The notes under the pieces: model-generated | What the model saw: the letters and a program-made list of their open reading frames with translations, nothing else | Database searches by the model: none | Told to the model about the DNA's origin: nothing | Shown here: positions 19,286 through 29,900 of the stretch, in pieces | Position numbering within the stretch: position 1 is the stretch's first letter | How the letters are laid out: every line of letters begins with the position of its first letter | Program-made: the position numbers and the translations under genes | NCBI GenBank assembly: GCA_041739785.1 | Contig: JBGSNE010000106.1 | Coordinates: forward strand, 29,649 to 93,648 | Direction of reading: 5' to 3' | DNA: 64,000 nt | Source of the DNA: Pirellulaceae bacterium | Lineage (GTDB): Bacteria; Planctomycetota; Planctomycetia; Pirellulales; Pirellulaceae

Positions 19286-20074
19286 CTAAAGTGGGGTCGA
19301 TTGAGAACGCCCGGCGGTGGTTAGGCAATAACGATATAGGCGTAATCGCTTCAATTCATTCCGCAGTTCTTGTTCGCTAGGGTGTCCCAATGAATGCGAA
19401 ATTTCGCTGCATAGAAGTTTGGCGAACAGCCCCCGCGCACGATGCAACAACACTCGGAAATGGTTGTCGGAAATTGATCGCCCCAGTTGTTGCGACAAGA
19501 GCTGTGTCTTGTGGGCAGCTGTCGCATCGGAGTACTCTACTTGGATCCTGAGTAGGGCGTATAAATTCGGTTTCTGGCTTTTCATTGCCGCCCAGCTACG
19601 ATCGAGTAATTCGCTGCGCCAGCATTCGACAAATAAACCGTCATCCGCTTCAGGTTCCCGATCCAGAACGTGATCTCCTTGGCGGTGTGTTTTAACTGGG
19701 AAGCGTTGCTGGCTGTCGCCAGAGCTTGTTGTCGCCTGCCAATCGGCCAGTGGCAGGGGAGAGCTACATTGGCAGCGTTGTAAATCGCGCACGAGATTGA
19801 TCAACAGCGATTTTAGGTAATCACGGAAACGCCCCTTGCGTTGTTCGGCACGAAAGCAGTCGCCGCGTATCAAACGCAGCGCGAACTCCTGGAAGAGGTC
19901 CTCGGCTGCGTCTTGACTGCCGGTGATCGCCAACATGTAACGAAAGGCGGCTCCGCTATAGCGGTCGAGCAATTCATGGCGTGCGGCGGCGGTTGCTCCC
20001 TCCGCATGGGCACGAGCGACCAACGTCCAGCGCGTGTCAATTTGATTGAGGCGTGATTGCGAGTTTCGTTCCAT
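19286..20074 (-). CDS. ECF sigma-70 factor (planctomycete kinase-associated type)
   Basis: IDTRWTLV, AARHELLDRY, DAAEDLFQEF, GRFRDYLK, FRVLLHRAR; directly upstream of the STK. Confidence 0.9.
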   Translation of the reverse strand: MERNSQSRLNQIDTRWTLVARAHAEGATAAARHELLDRYSGAAFRYMLAITGSQDAAEDLFQEFALRLIRGDCFRAEQRKGRFRDYLKSLLINLVRDLQRCQCSSPLPLADWQATTSSGDSQQRFPVKTHRQGDHVLDREPEADDGLFVECWRSELLDRSWAAMKSQKPNLYALLRIQVEYSDATAAHKTQLLSQQLGRSISDNHFRVLLHRARGLFAKLLCSEISHSLGHPSEQELRNELKRLRLYRYCLTTAGRSQSTPL

Positions 20075-20419
20075 GGTGAAGCTACCTTTGCGAACGGACA
20101 GTAGTTGATGCGTTTCACGGCGGAGCAGCAGCAAGGTTTTTCTACGTGGTACCAGTGTCGGTCCACCAACTTTTAAATTATCGAAGGTTGTTCCGGTAAG
20201 TTGCGGGGAATCTTCGCAATTCCCCTAAGCACCCCCTGCATAAGTTTCCAGTCATTGTTGGGAACATGAATCTTGATTCCCAGGTAAGTTGACGTTGGGC
20301 ATAAGTGAGAAGTTCCCGAAAGAATCCTTTTTCCGGAACTTGGCCGAAGCAATCCACGTCAAGGATAAATGTCGAATTTGAACGTTAACCACACTTCCCT
20401 CGAAATTGGAGAATCCACA

Positions 20420-21013
20420 GTGAACCAACTCAGATTTGCGGGCCTCATCACAATTGCGACTTTCATGCCCACGGTGGCTTTGGCTGACATTTTGCTAAAG
20501 GGCCAAAAATCCGTGAGGCATGATTATCAGTTCGCGGCATCTAAGACGCTGGAGGAACATCGACTGGTTCTGGCACCTTCAGCGGGTTTTAAAGGAGTTA
20601 GAAAGATTGAGCCTGGGACTCGTTTCCGCTTGAATGCAAAATACGGTGGGCGATTTTACGTTGTGCCCAATAATGAAGAATTTCCAGTCGAATTCGACAA
20701 AGAAAAATTTGGCAACTGGCCGTCGACCAGGTCGCCTCAAAGCGAGAACAGCATCCTTCCAGTTTCGAGTCCCATCGACAGCATTTCGACCACACTTAAG
20801 TTTGTGTCAGTTACCGATAGTAATCCGATTATCGATGTCGTAGACCATGTGGAACATTGGTGCGAAGTTGAGCAACCTTTCGAGTCAAGTTTCCCATCGG
20901 TTTCGACCATCGCTCTGGCTTTGGGGTTGGCGATGTTCAGTTGCCTACTAGTTTTTCATCGTCTCAAAAATCGCCAGCTTAACTCTCTCCCAAACACTCC
21001 GACAACTAAATGA
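20420..21013 (+). CDS. Hypothetical exported protein with C-terminal TM anchor
   Basis: GTG start with GGAG RBS; signal peptide ...PTVALA/DILL; C-terminal STIALALGLAMFSCLLVF followed by HRLKNR. Confidence 0.75.
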   Translation: MNQLRFAGLITIATFMPTVALADILLKGQKSVRHDYQFAASKTLEEHRLVLAPSAGFKGVRKIEPGTRFRLNAKYGGRFYVVPNNEEFPVEFDKEKFGNWPSTRSPQSENSILPVSSPIDSISTTLKFVSVTDSNPIIDVVDHVEHWCEVEQPFESSFPSVSTIALALGLAMFSCLLVFHRLKNRQLNSLPNTPTTK

Positions 21014-21330
21014 ACACTCAACTCACTCTCCTGCTCGTCACAATCGCGACGGAGCTTGTCGTCGCCGCCCTATGGTTTTTAATGTGCAAGCCAACGGTGT
21101 CGTGGAGCTTTGCGCTGGCCGGACTAGTAAGTGTTAATCTTATCAGTCACTCCATCGGATGGTTATTGATTTTCCAGTTGGCAATCGATTTTTGGTTGGT
21201 CGAATGCGCGGTCGTGATCTTGGAAGCCAACTGTCTTAGTATCCTCTGGAAATGCAAACTGAGCTACTCCGCAGTCTTGAGCCTAGCGACCAACTTGACG
21301 ACCATTTCCATAGCGCTGGTAATTCACTGA
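21010..21330 (+). CDS. Small hypothetical multi-TM membrane protein
   Basis: ATGA overlap with the upstream gene; about 4 hydrophobic helices. Confidence 0.75.
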   Translation: MNTQLTLLLVTIATELVVAALWFLMCKPTVSWSFALAGLVSVNLISHSIGWLLIFQLAIDFWLVECAVVILEANCLSILWKCKLSYSAVLSLATNLTTISIALVIH

Positions 21331-21670
21331 ATCGTCATTCCTCTGGTACTCGTGTTCAACAACCGGCGAGTGCTTCGCGCGGACAAAGATTGGGTTTTCT
21401 GTAATGGCAGTAGTACTTGAAGCGAATGGTTGAGAGGTCTCTTCCAGATCTTCTTGACACATAGCGATAAAGAAAACAATCATGTCCCGTCAGCGCCAAC
21501 AACATTCATCTCGTTGATTCGGTCAGGTAGAAAGTTTGGAGGCCCCTTTCTCGCTAATTCCCTCCCATGTTGCCGCCAAAATTTGCGGGCATACCGAGGA
21601 AGTCGCAAAAGCGCACTACCGGCAAGTGAGCATTAGCGACTTGGATTCCGCAATCGTCAAATTTGAATGC
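21331..21670 (+). pseudogene. Decayed C-terminal fragment of a tyrosine recombinase/integrase
   Basis: IPSHVAAKICGHTEEVAKAHYRQV resembles box II GH...HY; upstream frame IVIPL...WVF...*...TFISLIRS with a stop and a frameshift. Confidence 0.5.
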
Positions 21671-21755
21671 CCCGAGTTAGCCCACTACGATGGCTTGAAT
21701 GGATCGGCAACGTCTATTTGTATTGCCAAAGCTAAAGCCGCGACACACAGCGTGA

Positions 21756-21797
21756 AAGGGACAATGGGGACAAGAAGGGACAATGGGGACAATGCAC
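21756..21797. repeat. 19-bp tandem duplication containing a ggggacaNNgcac motif variant
   Basis: aagggacaatggggacaag aagggacaatggggacaatgcac. Confidence 0.7.
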
Positions 21798-22165
21798 TGG
21801 GTTCGTGGAAAACAATTTTGCAAAAAGTGTGGATTGTGTTGTAAGGTTCTGCGATTTTCTCCGTCTTATTAATTGACGTTAGTTCTTTAGGAGCGACTTC
21901 AGCTGACATTTTTCAGCCTCTATAGGAGCACAAATAAATCTGGCGCAGATTGGTCTACAACGCAAGGTGGCAAATCGCAAAATCGACAGCAGCTCTGTAT
22001 TCCCGATGTTGCTGCCACTAACGTCCAACATCAATAGTCCCTGACTGCTTCCGTTTTTAGGGAACTCGCAGGGTTAGCGTGACAGCCACCGTTGTCTGTC
22101 GCTGGTTTTCGAGCCACAATATTTGACGCGATATGCGGGCTCAATTAGAAGGGGAGGATGCGTCG

Positions 22166-23698
22166 ATGCTGGCTAAACTCAATACGCTGTCACTTCTGGG
22201 CATCGAAGCACTGCCCGTCGAAGTGGAAGTTGACGTCTCCGCGACGTCGATGCCCAAGACCATGTTGGTGGGACTGCCAGAGCAGGCGGTAAAGGAGAGC
22301 GTGCATCGTGTCGAACGAGCGATTGTCAACAGTGGCTTTCAGCGTCCCAATGACCGCATTGTCATCAACCTAGCCCCGGCGGAATTGCCCAAACAAGCCG
22401 CTTCGTTTGACTTGCCAATTTCCCTGGGACTCTTAGCAGCTAGCGGGCAGTTCCATTCGGACTGTTTCAAAGAGTACGCAGTCGTGGGTGAACTGGCTCT
22501 GGAAGGGCATACACGGAATATCAAAGGGGCCTTATCGATGGCGATCGCAGCCCGCGATGCCGGATACAAAGGCATTCTCGTCCCCAGCGAAAACGCGGGC
22601 GAAGCAGCAGTGGTCGACGAAATCCAAGTCATTCCGATTTCGACTTTGACCGAAGCCGTGGGGTTTTTCGCTGGCACGCTCGAGATCGATCCGCACCCGT
22701 CGCAACTTAAAGAACTGTTCGCAGAGTATAGCAACTATGATTTGGACTATTCGGATGTACGCGGACAGGATGTCGCCAAGCGAGCGCTAACAATAAGTGC
22801 TGCCGGCGCGCACAACCTGTTGATGCTTGGACCACCCGGTTCGGGCAAAACGATGCTTGCCAAGCGCCTTCCGTCGATTCTACCGACCTTGACAGCTGAA
22901 GAGTCGATAGAAACAACTCGCATCTACAGTTCTCTCGGTAGACTGAAACCAGGACAACCGCTGTTGGCAGTGCGCCCTTTTCGCTCACCACATCATACGA
23001 TCAGCAACGCAGGCCTAGTTGGTGGCGGAAGCCCGCCTGCGCCTGGCGAAATCAGTTTGGCACACCATGGCGTTCTTTTTCTCGACGAGCTCCCGGAATT
23101 CGATCGACGAACATTGGAGGTCATGCGCCAACCGTTGGAGGATCGAACGGTCACCATTTCGCGAGCCATGAGAAGTACCACGTTCCCAGCTAACTTTATG
23201 CTAGTAGCGGCGCTCAACCCGTGCCCATGCGGATTTCGAACTGATCCACGTCGCAGTTGTTCGTGTAGCCAAACACAGATTGAACGCTACATGGCTCGTA
23301 TCTCCGGACCATTGCTCGATCGAATTGACATTCACATTGAAGTGCCGTCGGTTCCTTTCCAAGAACTCTCTTCGTCTCAACTGGGAACCAGCAGCGAAAA
23401 CATGCGTGAGAGCGTCGAACTGGCACGCGAGCGGCAAGCAGCCCGTTTCAGCCATGCTCCAAGTCTCTACAACGCACTGATGTCCAGTCGGCAATTGCGC
23501 GAGTACTGCCCGCTGGATAAGACCTGTATGCATCTACTGCGCGACAGTTGCAATGAGCTCGGGCTTTCGGCTAGAGCCCATGATAAGATCTTGCGCGTGG
23601 CGCGCACGATCGCGGATCTCGAAGATGCGAACGACATCTGTCCCATGCATTTGCAGGAAGCCATCAACTACCGCATGCTGGACCGCAACTTGTTCTAG
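22166..23698 (+). CDS. comM: YifB/ComM family Mg-chelatase-like AAA+ ATPase
   Basis: VEVEVD, LVGLPEQAVKESVHRV, INLAPAELPK, DVRGQ, GPPGSGKT, FRSPHHTIS, GVLFLDELPEF, NPCPCG, ISGPLLDRID. Confidence 0.96.
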   Translation: MLAKLNTLSLLGIEALPVEVEVDVSATSMPKTMLVGLPEQAVKESVHRVERAIVNSGFQRPNDRIVINLAPAELPKQAASFDLPISLGLLAASGQFHSDCFKEYAVVGELALEGHTRNIKGALSMAIAARDAGYKGILVPSENAGEAAVVDEIQVIPISTLTEAVGFFAGTLEIDPHPSQLKELFAEYSNYDLDYSDVRGQDVAKRALTISAAGAHNLLMLGPPGSGKTMLAKRLPSILPTLTAEESIETTRIYSSLGRLKPGQPLLAVRPFRSPHHTISNAGLVGGGSPPAPGEISLAHHGVLFLDELPEFDRRTLEVMRQPLEDRTVTISRAMRSTTFPANFMLVAALNPCPCGFRTDPRRSCSCSQTQIERYMARISGPLLDRIDIHIEVPSVPFQELSSSQLGTSSENMRESVELARERQAARFSHAPSLYNALMSSRQLREYCPLDKTCMHLLRDSCNELGLSARAHDKILRVARTIADLEDANDICPMHLQEAINYRMLDRNLF

Positions 23699-23707
23699 TG
23701 CCCAATA

Positions 23708-23787
23708 AAAAGGTGTCTGACAGTTTGAGGACCAAGCTAAAACACTGGATTTCTCATAACTCTCGAGAGTGTCAAACACCGTTTTTG
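23708..23787. repeat. Degenerate family-A REPIN-like inverted repeat after comM
   Basis: aaaaggtgtctgaca ... tgtcaaacaccgttttt, related to aaaaggtgtccgacacc. Confidence 0.55.
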
Positions 23788-24123
23788 TTTGGCTCCTAGG
23801 TCAACTTAGTAGATGGGCAACTTGGGGGCCCGCAGCCAGTCACCCCCAAACACCTTTGGCACTGGCATGCTGATTCTTTGTTGCACCGTCCCAGTTTCCG
23901 GCGCTCAGGACTGTTGGAATCGAGTGATCGATTTCCGCTAACTTGACAGCATTCTCCCGCACGATCGCCATTTTTGTCACAAACGGACTTGCCGCATTCT
24001 CAAAGGGTTACCACAGCAACAGTAAATTGCTTTTCTGGTGCCTGTCATCCAGCATACTGTTCAATCTACGACGTAAGCTGTTGGGGCGATTAATAAAAAT
24101 TATTAACTACGGAGACAATGCAC

Positions 24124-25092
24124 ATGGTGACCGCAGATCAAAAATACAGGCTCTTGACACGTAGCGATTTCGACGGACTTGTGTGCGCAATTTTGCTAAA
24201 AGAATTGGGCTTGCTGGGTGAAATCAAATTCGTGCATCCAAAAGACATGCAAGATGGGCTAATTGAGGTAAACGATAAAGATATTCTGACCAATCTGCCC
24301 TATGTCGAGTCTTGCTACCTGTGTTTCGACCATCACAGTAGTGAAGAAATTCGTCATGGCGGCAAACAGCTTGACAACTACGTTTTGATGCCCAATGTGG
24401 ATTCCGCGGCCCGAGTCGTTTACGAATACTTCGGCGGCAGCGAACGATTTCCCCAAGTCAGCGTCGAGATGATGCAAGCCGTAGATAAAGCTGACGCTGC
24501 CAGGTTCACTCGCGAAGAGATTCTCGATTCCCAGGGGTGGCCGCTGATGTCGTTCTTAATGGATGCACGAACTGGACTGGGCCGCTTTCATAATTTCCGC
24601 ATTTCCAATTACCAGTTGATGATGGATCTGATTGACTATTGCAAAGCTCATACGATCGAGGAGATCCTACAATTGCCCGATATTCAAGAGCGTGTCGAAT
24701 TATTCAAATCGCATCAAGAGCCATTCAAAGAGCAATTGCTGCGCTGCGGGACGCGACATCACAATTTGGTGGTACTTGACTTGCGAGAAGAGGAAACGAT
24801 TTTCACGGGGAATCGATTCATGATCTACGCCTTGTATCCGGAGACGAATATTTCCATTCACGTGCTTTGGGGGAGACTAAAACAGAATACTGTGTTCACC
24901 ATTGGTAAGTCGATTCTGGATCGTTCGTGCACGACGGACGTCGGCGAGCTGTGTCTGAAATATGGTGGAGGCGGCCATGAAGCGGCGGGCACCTGCCAGG
25001 TTAATCATGAAGATGCTGAAAGCGTCCTAGATGAATTAATTCAGCAAATCCATGCCGATGCTGGATTCGAAGTATCGATGGCCAAGTCGTAG
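24124..25092 (+). CDS. DHH-family phosphoesterase (exopolyphosphatase-related)
   Basis: [48 protein letters not shown]. Confidence 0.92.
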   Translation: MVTADQKYRLLTRSDFDGLVCAILLKELGLLGEIKFVHPKDMQDGLIEVNDKDILTNLPYVESCYLCFDHHSSEEIRHGGKQLDNYVLMPNVDSAARVVYEYFGGSERFPQVSVEMMQAVDKADAARFTREEILDSQGWPLMSFLMDARTGLGRFHNFRISNYQLMMDLIDYCKAHTIEEILQLPDIQERVELFKSHQEPFKEQLLRCGTRHHNLVVLDLREEETIFTGNRFMIYALYPETNISIHVLWGRLKQNTVFTIGKSILDRSCTTDVGELCLKYGGGGHEAAGTCQVNHEDAESVLDELIQQIHADAGFEVSMAKS

Positions 25093-25263
25093 AACAACGG
25101 GTACGGGGAACGATCCTGTCGATCAACTTTGTTGACAAATGTCAGTACCGGAGTATTTCGCAACGCACAAACTCGAAATAGTTTCTCGGTCTGTGACTCG
25201 ATTCCCTTAGCCAAATCGATGACCATCACGGCGGCTTCGGCCGCCATCAGTGTGCGATAGGTA
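25085..25263 (-). pseudogene. prfC: Internal fragment of peptide chain release factor 3
   Basis: [53 protein letters not shown] matches the RF3 G-domain (DTYRTL.AVD.A.MVID.AKG.E..T.KL..VC.LR..P..TF.NK.DR). Confidence 0.85.
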
Positions 25264-25407
25264 AAAGGGGCGGGGGGCAGACCCGAATGGCACTGTCGTG
25301 ACGGTATCGGCGCGCAAATTGAGCTAGGACTGAGTCGAGAAATTTTGTTTGGAGTGGCAGGGGGCAGAACTTGTTTTAAGGATTTGCTGTAATTGTTCCA
25401 ACTTCGC

Positions 25408-25969
25408 TTAAACCGTTTTGGACTCTCGCATGGCTCGTGCTGCTCGCCGTACTAGATTGCTGACACTATCCGGATGAGATAAACCAAATAGCCCAGCCAG
25501 TTCGCGAAACCTCGCCGTCGTGTGGCGATGAGCCAAATAGGCTGCCATGTCTCGGCCACGGTTTTTTCGAACGTCCAGGGGAGTATCTCAAAACTTCCTC
25601 ATCATAAAAGCTTGCAACGACGTGCAATACTTCTTGCGGCGTTAATGCAATTCGACGCAGTTGAGGAACCTGATCTGGTTGATGTCCTGGCCGATCATGC
25701 CGTTTAGCGTACCAATTCGCATAGCCGCTGAGCAAGTACTGCATACCACGCGAAAGATTGGGTTGCGGAGTTCGGAAGAACAAGTGGATATGATTCGGCA
25801 TCCACACAAACGCGAACACTTCCCAACCTGTTCGAGCGACCGTCATCTCGAGCCCGTCGAGCATACCCTGGTAGTCTTCGTCAGTATGAAACAGCAACTG
25901 GCGACCATTTCCACGCGCCATGACATGATAGATCGCCCCGTTAACTTGAATTTGCAACGGTCTTGCCAT
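25408..25969 (-). mobile_element. REP-associated tyrosine transposase (RAYT) pseudogene with internal deletion and frameshift
   Basis: MARPL...YHVMARGN, FVWMPNHIHL (HUH), LSRGMQYLLSGY, RHDRPGH then a jump to a C-terminal HTH (GRDMAAYLAHRHT...[15 protein letters not shown]) in another frame; the LFQGRY and YIHLNP segments are missing. Confidence 0.88.
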
Positions 25970-26045
25970 AACAACCAAAAATTCTTACCTGTATCTCGAA
26001 ATACGGACGAACTCCTGAAAACAGGGTCTGACCCAGGTGGCGGTT

Positions 26046-26636
26046 TCAGGGCAGTTCTTGGAAGGTTAGGGCGTGTTGCTTGAGTCGTCGCAGGACACGA
26101 CTCTTAGCTGTGATAACCGAAGCTTTTGGCATGTGTAACAAGTCGGCGACTTCTTGCGCTGATCGCCCTTCGAAAACCTGCTGCTCAAACGCTGCTAGCG
26201 TGTGCGGTGCGAACTCCGGTGCAATTTGCCTGAGCAGACGGCCAATGAGAAAGTGGTTGTGTTCGCGGTCCCAATTCTCCGCCAACTCACTGTCATCTCG
26301 CTCCAACTGCTTTACTGCCGACTCGAGTTGTTGCAACTTGGCACCGCGCAGGCGAGATTGCACACGCAGAAATGCCGTGAGTCGATTGGCGGTAATTTTT
26401 CGGAGCCAAGACCGAAAGGCACCAGTATTACCGTTGTGTTCGAACCGCTGCAACTCACGCACTAACACGCACATGACTTCCTGACGAACATCAGCGGCTT
26501 GATGGGAATCGAGTCCCTGGCGAGCGAGCCAGCTTTCGATAAACGGTTCATAGGTTGCCAGAAAGTCGTCCCAGGCGCTGCGGTCCGAGAGCGTTCTGAC
26601 TTTACGCAGCAGCTCCAAAGAAGTGGTCATTGCCAT
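26046..26636 (-). CDS. ECF sigma-70 factor
   Basis: TTSLELL, AWDDFLATYEPFI, AADVRQEV, GAFRSWLRKIT, VADLLHM, AKSRVLRRL. Confidence 0.93.
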   Translation of the reverse strand: MAMTTSLELLRKVRTLSDRSAWDDFLATYEPFIESWLARQGLDSHQAADVRQEVMCVLVRELQRFEHNGNTGAFRSWLRKITANRLTAFLRVQSRLRGAKLQQLESAVKQLERDDSELAENWDREHNHFLIGRLLRQIAPEFAPHTLAAFEQQVFEGRSAQEVADLLHMPKASVITAKSRVLRRLKQHALTFQELP

Positions 26637-26903
26637 GGCATCGCCAATCGTAGTGGGCTGGGATGAATGCCACGTAGTTTAGCGGATTCCCGTAACAGAA
26701 TTTGCCAACAGTTTCGGTTTTCAGAGTGTGATGAGCCTTACCGAAATTCTTGGCGAATTCCGCTACGCGATAAGCTCGCGCCATTCGGATGTGGGATATC
26801 AACCATTGAACCATGTTTGTGGCTGCAATTCAAATCGACGCCTAGCGGGGGGCTCGTTACCTTGCGGAATATTTCGCCCAAAAGTGGGCTTCGCAATTCA
26901 TAG

Positions 26904-29900
26904 TCAGGGAAGTTCGCCGATTAGTTTTTCCGCTTCGTCGAATACACTGACGAATTCCATATTCTTGCTAGCCCACTTCTCCATCCAGCCTTGTGCCTTT
27001 TTTTGGTTGCTCTTGGCTCGCTCGTCATCTCCGAGCTGTTTGTGCGCCATGGCCAAGAAGATCCAATTCCAGCCGCCATGTACGGTTGAAATTTCCAACG
27101 ACTTATTGAGCGACTCGATCGCGGCGGCGAAATCACCATTGCGGTAGTGGGCAACGCCCAGCGTATTCCAGTACATGAAGTTGCCGGGTTCTATTTCGAT
27201 GGCCCGATTGGCAAGTCGAATCGCTTGACTGGGCAAGCGGATTTCTGGCTCGTAAGTCGTTAGGTGCCAAGCCAAGTCGTTCGAGGCTGTTGCATCCTCA
27301 GGGGTCATCTCGCCGATACGCTCCATGGCTAGATGCGCTTCCTCCGCGCGTCCTAAATGCAACAGCGCGCGCGCCTGACGAATGTAGGCCCAAGCGAAGC
27401 TGGGATCGACGGCGATCACGTGAGTCGTTGCCGATAGTGCATCTTCAAATTGTTCTGCAGCGATCATTTGATCTAAGTAGAACGAGACACCCCAGCGAGT
27501 CTTAGCGTAGGTGGGATGCAGAAGATATCCTGTGAAACAATTGTCGAAGGCAGCAACAAGGTCTTTTTCCTGGTTGAAGTGCCAATGGGCATAGTGGAAA
27601 ATGTGCTCAGCACTATTGAGCAGGAATCGATTTTGTGGATCACGTCGGCGTATCTCCTGTGCGTGATGGTGGAGAGTATGCTGCTGTGGACTCGACACCG
27701 TTAGCTCGTTCAATCCCAGCGAGCGAATGCGGACGATATGGGAGGCTAGCTTGTCGGGCTGAAGGGCAACGGCCGAAGTGGCGAGTTGCTTGGCGGCCAC
27801 GTAATTTGGAGGTGATTCACGCAGCAGCGATTGCGCCAATTCAAGGGCGACCCAATAGTTAGAGGGATCGCGGCGATTCATCCACGTTAAAAACCGGAGT
27901 GCGGGGCTGATGTTCGTTCGCGGCATGGGAGAACCGGATATCGAGAACCGAAAACGACCGAGGTTTTCGCAGTGGCGCGTTACGAGACTGATTCTCAACC
28001 TTGCCTTCTCAGGTAATTCGGTTGAGACGACAGCAAAAACGATTTGTCTTGTTTGGCTGCCATCGCGCAAGCGGCTTAGGGTATGGGCTGTATCGTCCGC
28101 CGATTGAGATAAGTTCAATTGACGATCCCAGGGATGATCGGTGCTCAGCGAGTCGAACTCTAACCGTTGTAGGACAGTGCCGTTGGTGTCCATCAATTCG
28201 GCTTTAACATCTGCAAGGTCCACTTGCGAGTTGCGTCCTAGTTGGGGACTGCCCTCTTGGCCAAAGTCGAATTGGGTGGGAATTAATTCCAAGCGAAGCG
28301 CCGACAAGGTTCGCATGATTGGTTGGGATAAAAGTGTTACCGTTTCTATGTCTCCGAAACCGACTTCCAACTCCTGGACCGTCAGATCAGGCAGAACGCG
28401 AGGATTCAACAGCACGATCGAGCCATCGTCTGAAAGCTCGGCAGGTTGGGCGTGGGCCGTGTTTGAGTGATGCCAAGTCTGCTTTATCTGTTCAAAATGC
28501 ACAACCTGCCAATCATCGACCTCGGGCAGAAAAGTTTCGGTATGCGCGGACAGGTCGCGTAGCGATTCAGCCAATTGAATTAGCGATACGTGAGGTTGTC
28601 GCTCGAGACCTTCCCAATCCGATGCGCGTCGCACAATAGAATCTAGGTCTTGAGCGCGGATTTCCTTTCGCAATTCCCTACGCCAGGGATCGCCGTCGAT
28701 GGCGTCAACTAATCCATCGAGCCAGTCGGCCGTTGCACGCGCATCGGGCCGAGCGGCGGATGACCAGCGAAAACGTCCCATGTTTTGATCTTCGAAGCGG
28801 CCCGGTCGACGATCGTCGTGGCGTATGGAAACGCGAAAGCCCGCGGAACAATAAATGGTCGCTTCCAGTTCGAAGACTGCCGTGTGCGGTCCACGAGCCA
28901 TGGTGGGGATCTGCCAACTGTTGGTTGAAAGGGGGAAATTGTTGAAGCCGTAATCAGACGTTGCGGAGCGGAATATGACCGGTTTTTTCGCGCTATCGGC
29001 ATCCTTCGGCGTCACCCAACACCTGAGTCCCTCAACGGTGACAGTGCCCCCTGAAGATGTCGATCGTCCAGGTCCGCTTTTGGGCAGCGACTCGTCTGTC
29101 ATCAACTCCAAACGTAAGGCGGAGAGCTCAGTGGTCGAAGTCTCAAACTCCAAATCGTAGCCGAAACGCGGATGATCTCCGCTGGCGAGAATGGATTGAT
29201 CGTCGAGGACCGCAAGTTGATCGCCCCCCCGAGAAACGAGTTGAACCGGCTGCAAAACAGTCCAGTTGGTAGCCTGCCATTGCTCAAAGGTCCACGGCCC
29301 ATGCAACAATTGCAACCAGCGCTCCATAGCTGCTATCACGATCGACTGGTCTCGTGGAGTCAATCGCCCAATACGAGCGGCAGCCTGCTGGACAGTAACT
29401 TGCGCCGGATGCAGACCCCAGGCGTCGAAAACGCGTTGATAGCCGGCTACCAGTTGTTCGTCCGACCACTTCCGCGGGCCATGACTGATAAACATATTTG
29501 GGAGCGAATCGACTTGCTCCGCCAGGCTCTCCATCTCCTGCCTCCATGCATTGTCTAGGCCAGTGATGAATTGGTAGTCTTGCGATTTTTCTGAGAGTGC
29601 AGCCTGCATCGCGATCGTTTGTTTGACCAGTGCTTCTTCGATGGGGTTGTCCGCCACTTGCGAATTGGCTCTGTCGACTGCTTCGCGAGCCGTGGCCAGT
29701 GCGGGAGCATCGATGTCTAGCACCGAATCCACTTCATGGAGCTTGGCAGTTAATGCTCGAGCCGTCGATAGCTCATCGCTGATGAGTCGTTCCACTTGCG
29801 CGATTTTGAGCAGCTTGTCCGTTTCAATTTCACTTTCCTTCTTAAGGACCAGCAGCCAACCACCACCAGCCATCGCCACTGTTAGCAATAGTGCGGCTGC

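Noticed and set aside
20190-20345. ncRNA made of short GGGAA/TTCCC hairpins between the divergent ECF and the 20420 gene
   Set aside because: Stems are short and no family is recognised; more likely promoter or operator DNA
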